This document shows, piece after piece, positions 1 through 13,500 of a stretch of 34,796 nucleotides of DNA. This DNA comes from Mizuhopecten yessoensis (Eukaryota). The first letter of the stretch is position 1; every line of letters starts with the position of its first letter. The notes beneath the pieces were generated by a model, which saw only the letters and a list, made by a program, of their open reading frames with translations, had not been told where the DNA came from and ran no database searches. Both the position numbers and the translations under genes were made by a program. Location of the stretch: NCBI RefSeq assembly GCF_002113885.1, contig NW_018407210.1, forward strand, positions 106,497 to 141,292, in the 5' to 3' direction.

Positions 1-356
1 AAATTTCATTGAAATTGGTTCAGGGGTTTTGGAGAAGAAGATTTTTGAAATTTTAGTCAATTTGACCCTTTTTGGCCCCGCCCCTCAGGCCCCTGGGGGC
101 TTAGGACTAAACCGGCAACTATTTTTGTTGACCTTTGTCCATGGAAGGTCCCAGCAAAATTTCATTGAAATTGGTTCAGGGGTTTTGGAGAAAAAGATTT
201 TTGAAATTTTAGTCAATTTGACCCTTTTTGGCCCCGCCCCTCAGCCCCTGGGGGCTTAGGACTAAACCGGCAACTGTTTTTGTTGACCTTTGTCCATGGA
301 AGGTCCCTGCAAAATTTCATTGAAATTGGTTCAGGGGTTTTGGAGAAGAAGTCGAA
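1..356. repeat. ~155-bp tandem repeat, ~2.3 copies (unit starts AAATTTCATTGAAATTGGTTCAGGGG; copies begin at ~1, ~156, ~311)
   Basis: Direct near-identical repetition visible in the sequence. ORF 29..259 is an artefact of it. Confidence 0.9.
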
Positions 357-370
357 AATGTAAATTGTAT

Positions 371-421
371 ACGGACGGACGACGGACGACGGACGACGAC
401 GGACGACGGACGACGACGGAC
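371..421 (+). repeat. (GGAC)/(GACGGAC)n microsatellite
   Basis: ACGGACGGACGACGGACGACGG... run of about 50 bp. Confidence 0.9.
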
Positions 422-437
422 AAAAGGCGATCGCAAT

Positions 438-468
438 AGGTCACTTGAGACTTTGTCTCAGGTGACCT
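438..468 (+). repeat. 31-bp palindrome AGGTCACTTGAGAC-TTTG-TCTCAGGTGACCT (stem about 13 bp with one mismatch)
   Basis: Reverse-complement symmetry read directly from the sequence. The 8-bp palindrome GCGATCGC lies just upstream. Confidence 0.85.
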
Positions 469-858
469 AAAAATTAATATTTTATTTTATTTTGACTGCA
501 CTGATTAAATACTGTAACTTACAGGAAACTTCATCCCAATTATTAGTGTCTTTGTACAAAATTTACCAAATGGCAAGCCTCTAAAAACATACACTGAATC
601 CCTAATATTGGAGACACTGATGCTGATACCATAGTATAGAAATAGCTTGTCTTCTTCAACTGCTACATAACAAAATGACTCCCTTGATCATATATGTTTC
701 TATGTTACACATGTTTATCTATTGTAACTAAAACTATAAGGCAGTGTGTCTTTATTCCGATGGAAGATACAGCAGGTAAATGACCAAGACCCCTTAGTCA
801 CCATGTATCACCAAACATACCAAGGGTTTCTAAAACACAAATTTAAAAACTGGGTCAA

Positions 859-1045
859 GGTCATACAGCACAGCAAGCTAATTAAGACCCAAATATCATA
901 GCTCAAGGTCATACAGCACAGCAAGCTAAGGCCCAATTATCATAGCTCAAGGTCATACAGCACAGCAAGCTAAGGCCCAAATATCATAGCTCAAGGTCAT
1001 ACAGCACAGCAAGCTAAGGCCAAAATATCATAGCTCAAGGTCTTA
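859..1045. repeat. 44-bp tandem repeat, ~4.3 copies (GGTCATACAGCACAGCAAGCTAAGGCCCAAATATCATAGCTCAA)
   Basis: Copies begin at 859, 907, 951, 995 and 1039. Confidence 0.9.
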
Positions 1046-1194
1046 TAGATCTCAATTTATTTAAAAATAAATTTGATGGTGGACAAACAGAAACCTGCCA
1101 ATATGATCACAGGCCCTTTGTGCAATCACAATTTCAGAGTAATTAAATCATCTCTTTAAATGGAAGTTTGCGTTTGATTTCAGTGTTTTCTTAA

Positions 1195-1434
1195 TCAAAG
1201 AGCCATAAGGGAAAATATTTCTGAATTGTTATACAGACATACTTTATTTTGAAGTCTTTTAAGTGTGTCAAACTCTGTTTTGGTCAGATTTTTCCTGGCT
1301 GTTTTGGCAATTCTTGGCATCTTTGATCCAACATCCAAGAGATCTTCAAAAGAAAGAACAAAGCTTTTATTTTCATTTCTTACACATTTATGGTGAAGGA
1401 AATATTTTGTAAACAGGAACAAAAACAAGAACAA
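1195..1434 (-). CDS. hypothetical ORF (79 aa) in unique sequence with a mixed charged composition (..SFEDLLDVGSKMPRIAKTARKNLTKTEFDTLKRLQNK..)
   Basis: It is the only ORF in the 1.05-1.75 kb unique segment. No recognisable family, and splice or start signals were not assessed. Confidence 0.1.
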   Translation of the reverse strand: MFLFLFLFTKYFLHHKCVRNENKSFVLSFEDLLDVGSKMPRIAKTARKNLTKTEFDTLKRLQNKVCLYNNSEIFSLMAL

Positions 1435-1757
1435 GCTTTGACGAAGATTAAGGATCTCTAACTCACAAATGTCTCATAAACCATCCCTGCAATCAAAAAT
1501 GACACATTACAAAATATGACATTTGAATCAGCCAACAGAATCTGATTTACAGGCATAAATGCATTGATCAATCAGAAGCTATGACGGCCATCCTCAATCC
1601 TAAAACTTGAAAGACAGCCATTTAACATAAAGGATATATCTTAAGGATCCCTGTCCCACTGCACGTCAGTAACCTCCCCTTTATATCGTTTAGGATATAA
1701 CTGTAGTACAATTTGGTTAAGTCTCTTCTACTAGCCACGTAGTTCAGTCAGTGAGAG

Positions 1758-4220
1758 CAACAGTATAGCAATCTGGAGTGGAGTGTTTCAACCCCCCGGT
1801 GTAGCCTGTAACAGTACTAGTATAGCAATCAGAAGTGGAGTGTTTCAACACCCCGGTATAGCCTGCAACAGTATAGCAATCTGGAGTGGAGTGTTTCAAC
1901 CCCCCCCACCCAGGTGTAGCCTTCAACAGTATAGCGATCAGAAGTGGAGTGTTTCAATCCCCCGGTGTAGCCTGCAACAGTATAGCAATCTGGAGTGGAG
2001 TGTTTCAACCCCCCCCGGTGTAGCCTGCAACAGTATAGCAATCTGAAGTGGAGTGTTTTAACCCCCCGGTGTAGCCTGCAACAGTATAGCAATCTGAAGT
2101 GGAGTGTTTCAACCCCCCGGTGTAGCCTGCAACAGTATAGCAATCTGAAGTGGAGTGTTTCAACCCCCCGGTGTAGCCTGCAACAGTATAGCAATCTGAA
2201 GTGGAGTGTTTCAACCCCCCGGTGTAGCCTGCAACAGTATAGCAATCTGAAGTGGAGTGTTTTAACCCCCCGGTGTAGCCTGCAACAGTATAGCAATCTG
2301 AAGTGGAGTGTTTCAACCCCCCGGTGTAGCCTGCAACAGTATAGCAATCTGAAGTGGAGTGTTTTAACCCCCCGGTGTAGCCTGCAACAGTATAGCAATC
2401 TGAAGTGGAGTGTTTCAACCCCCCGGTGTAGCCTGCAACAGTATAGCAATCTGAAGTGGAGTGTTTTAACCCCCCGGTGTAGCCTGCAACAGTATAGCAA
2501 TCTGAAGTGGAGTGTTTCAACCCCCCGGTGTAGCCTGCAACAGTATAGCAATCTGAAGTGGAGTGTTTTAACCCCCCGGTGTAGCCTGCAACAGTATAGC
2601 AATCTGAAGTGGAGTGTTTCAACCCCCCGGTGTAGCCTGCAACAGTATAGCAATCTGAAGTGGAGTGTTTTAACCCCCCGGTGTAGCCTGCAACAGTATA
2701 GCAATCTGAAGTGGAGTGTTTCAACCCCCCGGTGTAGCCTGCAACAGTATAGCAATCTGAAGTGGAGTGTTTCAACCCCCCGGTGTAGCCTGCAACAGTA
2801 TAGCAATCTGAAGTGGAGTGTTTCAACCCCCCGGTGTAGCCTGCAACAGTATAGCAATCTGAAGTGGAGTGTTTCAACCCCCCGGTGTAGCCTGCAACAG
2901 TATAGCAATCTGAAGTGGAGTGTTTCAACCCCCCGGTGTAGCCTGCAACAGTATAGCAATCTGAAGTGGAGTGTTTCAACCCCCCGGTGTAGCCTGCAAC
3001 AGTATAGCAATCTGAAGTGGAGTGTTTCAACCCCCCGGTGTAGCCTGCAACAGTATAGCAATCTGAAGTGGAGTGTTTCAACCCCCCGGTGTAGCCTGCA
3101 ACAGTATAGCAATCTGAAGTGGAGTGTTTCAACCCCCCGGTGTAGCCTGCAACAGTATAGCAATCTGAAGTGGAGTGTTTCAACCCCCCGGTGTAGCCTG
3201 CAACAGTATAGCAATCTGAAGTGGAGTGTTTTAACCCCCCGGTGTAGCCTGCAACAGTATAGCAATCTGAAGTGGAGTGTTTCAACCCCCCGGTGTAGCC
3301 TGCAACAGTATAGCAATCTGAAGTGGAGTGTTTCAACCCCCCGGTGTAGCCTGCAACAGTATAGCAATCTGAAGTGGAGTGTTTCAACCCCCCGGTGTAG
3401 CCTGCAACAGTATAGCAATCTGAAGTGGAGTGATTTAACCCCCCGGTGTAGCCTGCAACAGTATAGCAATCTGAAGTGGAGTGTTTCAACCCCCCGGTGT
3501 AGCCTGCAACAGTATAGCAATCTGAAGTGGAGTGATTTAACCCCCCGGTGTAGCCTGCAACAGTATAGCAATCTGAAGTGGAGTGTTTCAACCCCCCGGT
3601 GTAGCCTGCAACAGTATAGCAATCTGAAGTGGAGTGTTTTAACCCCCCGGTGTAGCCTGCAACAGTATAGCAATCTGAAGTGGAGTGATTTAACCCCCCG
3701 GTGTAGCCTGCAACAGTATAGCAATCTGAAGTGGAGTGTTTCAACCCCCCGGTGTAGCCTGCAACAGTATAGCAATCTGGAGTGGAGTGTTTCACCCCCC
3801 CCCACCCAGGTGTAGCCTTCAACAGTATAGCAATCAGAAGTGGAGTGTTTTAACCCCCCGGTGTAGCCTGCAACAGTATAGCAATCAGAAGTGGAGTGTT
3901 TCAACCCCCCGGTGTAGCCTGCAACAGTATAGCAATCTGAAGTGGAGTGATTTAACCCCCCGGTGTAGCCTGCAACAGTATAGCAATCTGAAGTGGAGTG
4001 TTTCAACCCCCCGGTGTAGCCTGCAACAGTATAGCAATCTGGAGTGGAGTGTTTCAACCCCCCCCCACCCAGGTGTAGCCTTCAACAGTATAGCAATCAG
4101 AAGTGGAGTGTTTCAACACCCCGGTGTAGCCTGCAACAGTATAGCAATCAGAAGTGGAGTGTTTCAACCCCCCGGTGTAGCCTGCAAAAGTATAGCAATC
4201 TGGAGTGGAGTGTTTCAACA
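1758..4220. repeat. 51-bp satellite, ~48 copies (ATCTGAAGTGGAGTGTTT[C/T]AACCCCCCGGTGTAGCCTGCAACAGTATAGCA)
   Basis: Period 51 measured at several points. The centre is homogenised and both edges carry variant monomers. Confidence 0.95.
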
Positions 4221-4548
4221 TTTATATTTTACATTCAGGGCACTGATGTTGATTTATATTTTACACTCAGGGCACTGATGTTGATTTATATTTTACACTC
4301 AGGGCACTGTTGATGATTTATATTTTACACTCAGGGCACTGTTGATGATTTATAATTTACACTCAGGGCACTGTTGATGATGTATATTTTACACTCGGGG
4401 CACTGTTGATGATTTATAATTTACACTCAGGGCACTGATGTTGATTTATATTTTACACTCAGGACACTGTTGATTTATATTTTACACTCAGGGCACTGAT
4501 GTTGATTTATATTTTACACTCAGGGCACTGATGTTGATTTATATTCTG
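4221..4548. repeat. ~33-bp tandem repeat, ~10 copies (TTTATATTTTACACTCAGGGCACTGATGTTGA)
   Basis: Direct repetition. It abuts the 51-bp array. Confidence 0.9.
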
Positions 4549-5179
4549 TTTATTTCACCTTTTTTTCATAAAGTTCCACAAGGTATGGTTTCCTTTCAGA
4601 AATGATTGATCAAAGCTATAGTAATAGGGGTGAAAGGGTTAAAGGCCTATAGCTAGCTCCTCAGACGTAAGATGTCAGTCTTGAATACACAATGTCATGT
4701 GGAATCAGCCCATCACTACGGATTATTTAATGAAAGGTTGGTCAACCCCTCCTTGAGTACAGATTCTGATCCCAATCACAAGTTGAAAATAAAATTCTGA
4801 CTGACCGTTACTGATAAGGGGAAAACATGAGTTTTATAGACAACTGATAACACCGAACAGATGATGCACAATGTAAGACAGGATTTCACAATGTGTACAT
4901 TTAACACCATTATGCCATATACGTATATCAACCTGCAAAGGATTGACAAAGTCAGCTTGATAGAACTTGAGCCATATCTCAGCCAATCAAAGGCCAAGGT
5001 GGCCATCTTAATTCTGAAACTTAAAAGTCGGTCATTCAAGAAATACTTTCCCTATTTATCAATTCCACAAAGCATAAACAAATTCAGTGAAATAGAATTA
5101 CAGTTACAACCGTCGGCCAATGACAGACATTTTGCAAAAATGCTGATTTTACCTTAAATGTCTTTTATGACCTGCAACA

Positions 5180-5745
5180 CAAGAGGCCAAAAGAGCCTGT
5201 ATTGCTATCATGGCAATATATTCTCATCAAAAGTAGTACTGCTGCATTTCCTCTGATTTGGCTCCATATCTCTGGTCCCAAGGATCATGTTTCAAACCAA
5301 ATCTACTTTTGTTTTTAATTCCTTGACTGATGATGAAGGAGTAGGATTTTCATAGATTTATCTTTGACTTCCCTATTTGGCCCTCCCCTCTGCTCCAATT
5401 GGGCTACAACCTCTGTTTATACTACATTAAAATTGGCATGTGCCTCTGCCCCTGTGGGACTACATCCTGTGCAAAAATCAAGGAGTTTTCTTGGCCCAAA
5501 TTTGCTGCAGAACAAGTTTAAATAATATCTCTTAGCCGAAGGAGTAAGATTTTAAAAATCTGTATTCCCTATTACACACTGTCCCTCTGCCCCCAACATT
5601 GATTCCCCTTGATGAAAAATTGCTTCAGACAAATTTAATTAAAATTTGTTCAATTGCTCTTGACAAGTAGTATTTAAAGGGAAATTGACAACAGACAGAC
5701 GATGGATATGTCAAACCATGTACAATAAAAGTTCACCTGCCTTCC
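5180..5745 (+). mobile_element. degenerate copy of the head + array + tail element: head (ACAAGAGGCCAAAAGAGCCTGTATTGCT), then ~3 diverged ~140-bp units (CCCTCTGCCCCTGTGGG-type), then a degenerate ACAGACAGACGATGG tail
   Basis: Similar to the heads at 23124, 23848, 25807 and 27984 and to the units at 26190-26600 and 27825-27960. Confidence 0.3.
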
Positions 5746-6285
5746 AAGTGTGTGCGCTGAAAACAATCACACAGTCAATGATCCATCTAGTACACACTAC
5801 CAAAGTGTTCCTGTAGGAACGTACTTCAGTAAATTATGATCATTTATCAATTGGAATTAACAAGTACAAAGAAAGAACTTCATGTCAAACTCACCGCATG
5901 GTTTAGTTTTTTGATGATGTACTACATGCAAAAATTGCTGCTGTTCCTCGGATGTTCCTCTATCTAGAACCCAATTTCCATCTACATGCAGACCCCTTGT
6001 TCCTCCATCTGACATGCTAAATCGGCCTGAATTAGAAGCTGAAAATCGTAAAACAATACAGAAAATGTAGGTGTATTGATTTTTGTATTAAACAGTTCAG
6101 CATCAATATGTGTAACCTTACATTTCAACTATAATTTTCAATTTAGACTTTGATAGGAAAGCATAAAGAGTCTTAAAACACTAATCAATATAGTGAGTAC
6201 AACTCAACAGTTAGGTGTTCTTTACATCCTACACTGACCTACAGTAATAATGATTTAAGTATGACGTGTTATTACATCTAATAAA

Positions 6286-6935
6286 TTAGCCACACTGTAT
6301 GATAAAACACCTTGAACTGAGACGAAATGTATGATAAAAAAAACTTGGATTGAAATGATTAAGATAAATTGTATGATAAAACACCTTGGATTGAGATGAT
6401 TGAGATGAATTGTATGATAAAACACCTTGGATTGTGATGATTGAGATGAATTGTAAGATAAAACACCTTGGATTTAGATGATTGAGATGAATTGTAAGAT
6501 AAAACACCTTGGATTGAGATGATTGAGATGATTAAGATGAATGGTATGATAGTACACCTTGGATTGAGTTGATTGAGATGAATTGTATGATAGTACACCT
6601 TGGATTGAGATGATTGAGATGAGATGATTGAGATGATTGAGATGATTGAGATGAATTGTATGATAAAACACCTTGGGTTTAGATGATTGAGATGAATTGT
6701 CTGATAAAACACCTTGGATTTAGATGATTGAGATGAATAGTATGATAAAACACCTTGGATTTAGATGATTGAGATGAATTGTCTGATAAAACACCTTGGA
6801 TTGAGATGATGGAGATGAGATGATTGAGTAGATTGAGATGATTGAGATGGTTGAGATGAATTGTATGATAAAACACCTTGGATTGAGATGATTGAGATGA
6901 TTGAGATGATTGAGATGAAATGTAATTAATCTCTG
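6286..6935. repeat. complex minisatellite: ~42-60-bp units (TGTATGATAAAACACCTTGGATTGAGATGATTGAGATGAAT) with a variable number of nested 9-bp ATGATTGAG sub-repeats
   Basis: Nested periodicity is visible directly. The minus-strand ORFs listed for 6286-6956 are artefacts. Confidence 0.85.
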
Positions 6936-7559
6936 ACTTTCAGTTGTGATAGACATTAAAGCATAAGCCCTGAATGTGTTTTACTAAAATATTTTAGGAA
7001 TGCTCTTAAAAACGATAGCATGACTGAAGTGATTTTGACCTTAAGTTAGACATAAAGTAGGTGTTTAGAAAAATCATTGCTACACAAACTTACCCATACA
7101 ACATGAACCACCGGCTGATTCTGCTTGTCTCCGCATCCTAGCAGGTAGTGCCTTTATTAATATAAAACAGCCAATTTACTTGAGAAATCCACTAACTTCA
7201 TCCTAACTATGACATTATTATCATGCATTATATATGATGTGGTTAGAACATCAGTATCACATGTGAACTTTTTGTTTAAAACTTGAACTCAGTAGATGAA
7301 TGGTATTGGTAAATCTTACTGGATTGTTTTTCATCATTTTTCTATTGCATTAAAATTACTTGCTTTCAGAACATCTATATTGAACTGTACCATTTCTTGA
7401 ATTTTAAAGAGTGCAGATAAGCACTTTTTTCATTTATATTAACAAGGACCAGATTTCACTAACCATCCATTATTGACATTGTATTAACCAGGTAATTGTC
7501 ATCACATTCAAATTAAAAGAATATATCCAGTAACGTATACGTAGCAGTTTATTAACCTA

Positions 7560-10500
7560 CAAATTACCTGATTTCTCTTAATATGTCTCCCTGTAGCTAG
7601 ATTACCTTACATCTCTCGCTACTATGTTTTCTGAAATTGATTAAGTACATGTTCTTTTTCTGATGACCTGATGTCACTCTACAGCTAGATTACCTGATGT
7701 CTCTCTACAGCTAGATTACCTGATGTCTCTCTACAGCTAGATTACCTGATGTCTCTCTACAGCTAGATTACCTGATGTCACTCTACAGCTAGATTACCCG
7801 ATGTCTCTCCACAGCTAGATTACCTGATGTCTCTCCACAGCTAGATTACCTGATGTCACCCTATAGCTAGATTACCTGATGTCTCTCTACAACTAGATTA
7901 CCTGATGTCACTCTATAGCTAGATTATCTGATGTCTCTCTACAGCTAAATGACCTGATGTCTCTCTACAACTAGATTACCTGATGTCACTCTATAGCTAA
8001 ATGACCTGATGTCTATCTACAGCTAGATTACCCGATGACTCTCTATAGCTAGATTACCTGATGTCTCTCTACAGCCAGATTACCTGATGTCACTCTACAA
8101 CTAGATGACCTAATGTCTCTCTACAGCCTTACTACCTGATGCCTCTCTACAGCTAGCTTACCTGATGTCTCTCTATAGCTTTACTACCTGATGTCTCTCT
8201 AGAGCTAGATGACCTGATGCCTCTCTACAGCTAGATTACCTGATGTTTCTCTACAGCTAGATTACCTGATGTCACTCTATAGCTAAATGACCTGATGTCT
8301 CTCTACAGCAAGCTTACCTGATGTCTCTCTACAGCTAGATGACCTGATGCCTCTCTACAGCTAGCTTACCTGATGTCTCTCTACAGCTAGATGACCTGAT
8401 GTCTCTCTACAGCTAGATTACCTGATGTCTCTCTACAGCTAGATTACCTGATGTCTCTCTACAGCTAGATTACCTGATGTCTCTCTACAGCTAGATTACC
8501 TGATGTCTCTCTACAGCTAGATTACCTGATGTCTCTCTACAGCTAGATTACCTGATGTCTCTCTACAGCTAGATGACCTGATGTCTCTCTACAGCTAGAT
8601 TACCTGATGTCACTCTATAGCTTTACTACCTGATGTCACTCTACAACTAGATTACCCGATGCCTCTCTACAGCTAGATTACCTTATGCCTCTCTACAGCT
8701 AGCTTACCTCTAGATTACCTGATGTCACGCTATAGCTAAATGACCTGATGTCTATCTACAGCTAGATTACCTGATGTCTCTCTACAGCTAAATGACCTGA
8801 TGTCTCTCTACAACTAGATTACCTGATGTCACGCTATAGCTAAATGACCTGATGTCTATCTACAGCTAGATTACCCGATGACTCTCTATAGCTAGATTAC
8901 CTGATGTCTCTCTACAGCTAGATTACCTGATGTCACTCTATAGCTAGATTACCTGATGTCTCTCTACAGCTAGATTACCTGATGCCTCTCTACAGCTAGA
9001 TTACCTGATGTTTCTCTACAGCTAGATTACCTGATGTCACTCTACAGCTAAATGACCTGATGTCTCTCTACAGCTAGCTTACCTGATGTCTCTCTATAGC
9101 TAGATGACCTGATGCCTCTCTACAGCTAGATTACCTGATGTTTCTCTACAGCTAGATTACCTGATGTCACTCTACAGCTAAATGACCTGATGTCTCTCTA
9201 CAGCTAGCTTACCTGATGTCTCTCTACAGCTAGATGACCTGATGCCTCTCTACAGCTAGCTTACCTGATGTCTCTCTACAGCTAGATGACCTGATGTCTC
9301 TCTACAGCTAGATTACCTGATGTCTCTCTACAGCTAGATTACCTGATGTCACTCTATAGCTTTACTTCCTGATGTCACTCTACAGCTAGCTTCCCTGATG
9401 TCTCTCTACAGCTAGATTACCTGATGCCTCTCTACAGCTAGCTTCCCTGATGTCTCTCTACAGCTAAATGACCTGATGTCTCTCTACAGCTAGATTATTT
9501 GATGCCTCTCTACAGCTAGATTACCTGATGCCTCTCTACAGCTATCTTACCTGATGTCTCTCTATATCTAGATGACCTGATGCCCCCCTACAGCTAGATT
9601 ACCTGATGCGTCTCTACAGCTAGCTTACATGATGTCTCTCTACAGCTATATAACTTGATGCCTCTCTACAGCTAGGTTACCTGATGTCTCTCTATAGCTA
9701 GATTACCTGATGCGTCTCTACAGCTATATAACTTGATGTCTCTCTACAGCTATATAACTTGATGTCTCTCTACAGCTAGCCTACCTGATGTCTCTCTACA
9801 GCTAGATTACCTGATGTCACTCTATAGCTAAATGACCTGATGTCTCTCCACAGCTAGCTTACCTGATGTCTCTCTATGGCTTTACTACCTGATGTCTCTC
9901 TATAGCTAGATGACCTGATGCCTCTCTACAGCTAGATTACCTGATGTCACTCTATAGCTAAATGACCTGATGTCTCTCCACAGCTAGCTTACCTGATGTC
10001 TCTCTACGGCTTTACTACCTGATGTCTCTCTATAGCTAGATGACCTGATGCCTCTCTACAGCTAGATTACCTGATGTCACTCTATAGCTAAATGACCTGA
10101 TGTCTCTCTACAGCTAGCTTACCTGATGTCTCTCTACAGCTAGATGACCTGATGCCTCTCTACAGCTAGCTTACCTGATGTCTCTCTACAGCTATATTAC
10201 CTGATGCCTCTCTACAGCTATATAACTTGATGTCTCTCTACAGCTAGATTACCTGATGTCTCTCTACAGCTAGATTATCTGATGTCTCTCTACAGCTAGA
10301 TGACCTGATGCCTCTCTACAGCTAGCATACCTGATGTCTCTTTACCGCTATATTACCTGATGCCTCTCTACAGCTAGCTTACCTCATGTCTCTCTACAGC
10401 TATATTATCTGATGCCCTCTACAGCTATATTATCTGATGCCTCTCTACAGATATATAACTTGATGTCTCTCTACAGCTATATTACCTGATGCCTCTCTAC

Positions 10501-13500
10501 AGATATATAACTTGATGTCTCTCTACAGCTATATTACCTGATGCCTCTCTACAGCTAGATTAACTGATGACTCTCTACAGCTAGATTACCTGATGTCTCC
10601 CCACAGCTAAATGACCTGATGTCTCTCTACAGCCAGCTTACCTGATGTCTCTCTACAGCTAGATGACCTGATGCCTCTCTACAGCTAGATGACCTGATGC
10701 CTCTCTACAGCTAGCTTCCCTGATGCCTCTCTACAGCTAGCTTACCTGATGTCTCTTTACAGCTATATTACCTGATGCATCTCTACAGCTATATAACTTG
10801 ATGTCTCTCTTCAGCTAGATTACCTGATGTCTCTCTACAGCTAGCTTACCTGATGTCTCTCCACAGCTAGATTACCTGATGTCTCTCTACAGCTAGCTTA
10901 CCTGATGTCTCTCCACAGCTAGATTACCTGATGTCTCTCTACAGCTAGCTTACCTGATGTCTCTTTACAGCTATATTACCTGATGCATCTCTACAGCTAT
11001 ATAACTTGATGTCTCTCTTCAGCTAGATTACCTGATGTCTCTCTACAGCTAGATTTCCTGATGTCTCTCTACAGCTAGGTGACCTTATGTCTCTCTACAG
11101 CTAGATTACCTGATGCCTCTCTAAAGCTATATAACTTGATGTCTCTCTACAGCTAGATTACCTGATCAGCTAGCTTACCTGATGTCTCTCTATAGCTCTA
11201 CTACCTGATGTCTCTCTATAGCTAGATGACCTGATGCCTCTCTCTACAGCTATATAACTTGATGTCTCTCTACAGCTAGATTACCTGATCAGCTAGCTTA
11301 CCTGATGTCTCTCTATAGTTTTACTACCTGATGTCTCTCTATAGCTAGATGACCTGATGTCACTCTATAGCTAAATGACCTGATGTCTCTCTACAGCGAG
11401 ATTGTTTGATGCCTCTCTACAGCTAGATTACCTGATGTTTCTCTACAGCTAGATTACCTGATGTCACTATATAGCTAAATGACCTGATGTCTCTCTACAG
11501 CGAGATTGTTTGATGCCTCTCTACAGCTAGATTACCTGATGCCTCTCTACAGCTAGATTACCTGATGTCCCTCTATAGCTAAATGACCTGATGCCTCTCT
11601 AAAGCTAGCTTACCTGATGTCTCTCTACAGCTATATAATCTGATGCCTCTCTACAGCTATATTAACTGATGCCTCTATAAAGCTAGCTTACCTGATGCCT
11701 CTCTACAGCTAGATTAACTGATGACTCTCTACAGCTAGATTACCTGATGTCTCCCCACAGCTAAATGACCTGATGTCTCTCTACAGCCAGCTTACCTGAT
11801 GTCTCTCTACAGCTAGATGACCTGATGTCTCTCTACAGCTAGATGACCTGATGCCTCTCTACAGCTAGATGACCTAATGTCTCTCTACAGCTTTACTACC
11901 TGATGTCTCTCTACAGCTTGCTTACCTGATGTCTCTCTATAGCTTTACTACCTGATGTCTCTTTACAACTAGCTTACCTGATGTCTCTCCACAGCTAGAT
12001 TACCTGATGTCTCTCTACAGCTATATAATCTGATGCCTCTCTACAGCTATATTAACTGATGCCTCTATAAAGCTAGCTTACCTGATGCCTCTCTACAGCT
12101 AGCTGACCTGATGTCTCTCTACAGCTATATTATCTGATGCCCTCGACAGCTATATTATCTGATGCCTCTCTACAGTTATATTACCTGATGCCTCTCTCCA
12201 GATATATAACTTGATGTCTCTCTACAGCTATATTACCTGATGCCTCTCTACAGCTAGATTAACTGATGACTCTCTACAGCTAGATTACCTGAAGTCACTC
12301 TATAGCTGAATGACCTGATTGCTCTCTATAGCTTTACTACCTGATGTCTCTTTACAACTAGCTTACCTGATGTCTCTCCACAGCTAGCTTACCTGATGTC
12401 TCTCTACAACTAGATTATCTGATGCCTCTCTACAGCTAGATTAACTGATGACTCTCTACAGCTAGATTACCTGATGTCTCCCCACAGCTAAATGACCTGA
12501 TGTCTCTCTACAGCGAGATTGTTTGATGCCTCTCTACAGCTAGATTACCTGATGTTTCTCTACAGCTAGATTACCTGATGTCACTATATAGCTAAATGAC
12601 CTGATGTCTCTCTACAGCCAGCTTACCTGATGTCTCTCTACAGCTAGATGACCTGATGCCTCTCTACAGCTAGATGACCTGATGCCTCTCTACAGCTAGC
12701 ATACCTGATGTCTCTTTACCGCTATATTACCTGATGCCTCTCTACAGCTACATAACTTGATGTCTCTCTACAGCTAGCTTACCTGATGCCTCTCTACAGC
12801 TAGATTAACTGATGACTCTCTACAGCTAGATTACCTGATGTCACTATATAGCTAAATGACCTGATGTCTCTCTACAGCGAGATTGTTTGATGCCTCTCTA
12901 CAGCTAGATTACCTGATGCCTCTCTAAAGCTATATAACTTGATGTCTCTCTACAGCTAGCTTACCTGATGCCTCTCTACAGCTAGCTGACCTGATGTCTC
13001 TCTACAGCTATATTATCTGATGCCTCTCTACAGCTATATTCCCTGATGTCTATAGCTAGATGACCTGATGCCTCTCTACAGCTAGCTTCCCTGATGCCTC
13101 TCTACAGCTAGCTTACCTAATGTCTCTCTACAGCTATATTATCTGATGCCCTCTACAGCTATATTATCTGATGCCTCTCTACAGATATATAACTTGATGT
13201 CTCTCTACAGCTATATTACCTGATGTCACTCTACAGCTAGCTTACCTGATGTCTCTCTACAGCTATATTATCTGATGCCTCTCTACAGCTATATTAACTG
13301 ATGCCTCTCTACAGCTAGCTTACCTGATGCCTCTCTACAGCTAGCTTACCTGATGTCTCTCTACAGCTATATTATCTGATGCCCTCTACAGCTATATTAT
13401 CTGATGCCTCTCTACAGCTATATTACCTGATGCCTCTCTACAGATATATAACTTGATGTCTCTCTACAGCTATATTACCTGATGTCTCTCTACAGCTATA

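Larger units (their letters stand above)
1..470 (+). mobile_element. 3' part of a Helentron-like non-autonomous element (satellite array, GGAC microsatellite, subterminal palindrome); the 5' end lies upstream of the window
   Basis: The same module architecture recurs at 19310-19530, 23850-25035 and 27975-29230. It matches the published descriptions of bivalve Helentron/HINE and Pearl elements that carry satellite arrays (established knowledge; family identity not verified). Confidence 0.4.

Noticed and set aside
1744-4313. Very long ORFs on both strands: 742 aa, 606 aa, 605 aa, 180 aa and others
   Set aside because: They are translations of a 51-bp (17-codon) satellite monomer. Five frames are open at once, the peptides are perfectly periodic, and there is no start or splice context.
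6286-6956. Minus-strand ORFs of 65-117 aa rich in His, Leu, Asn and Ile
   Set aside because: Low-complexity translations of the ATGATTGAG-containing minisatellite.
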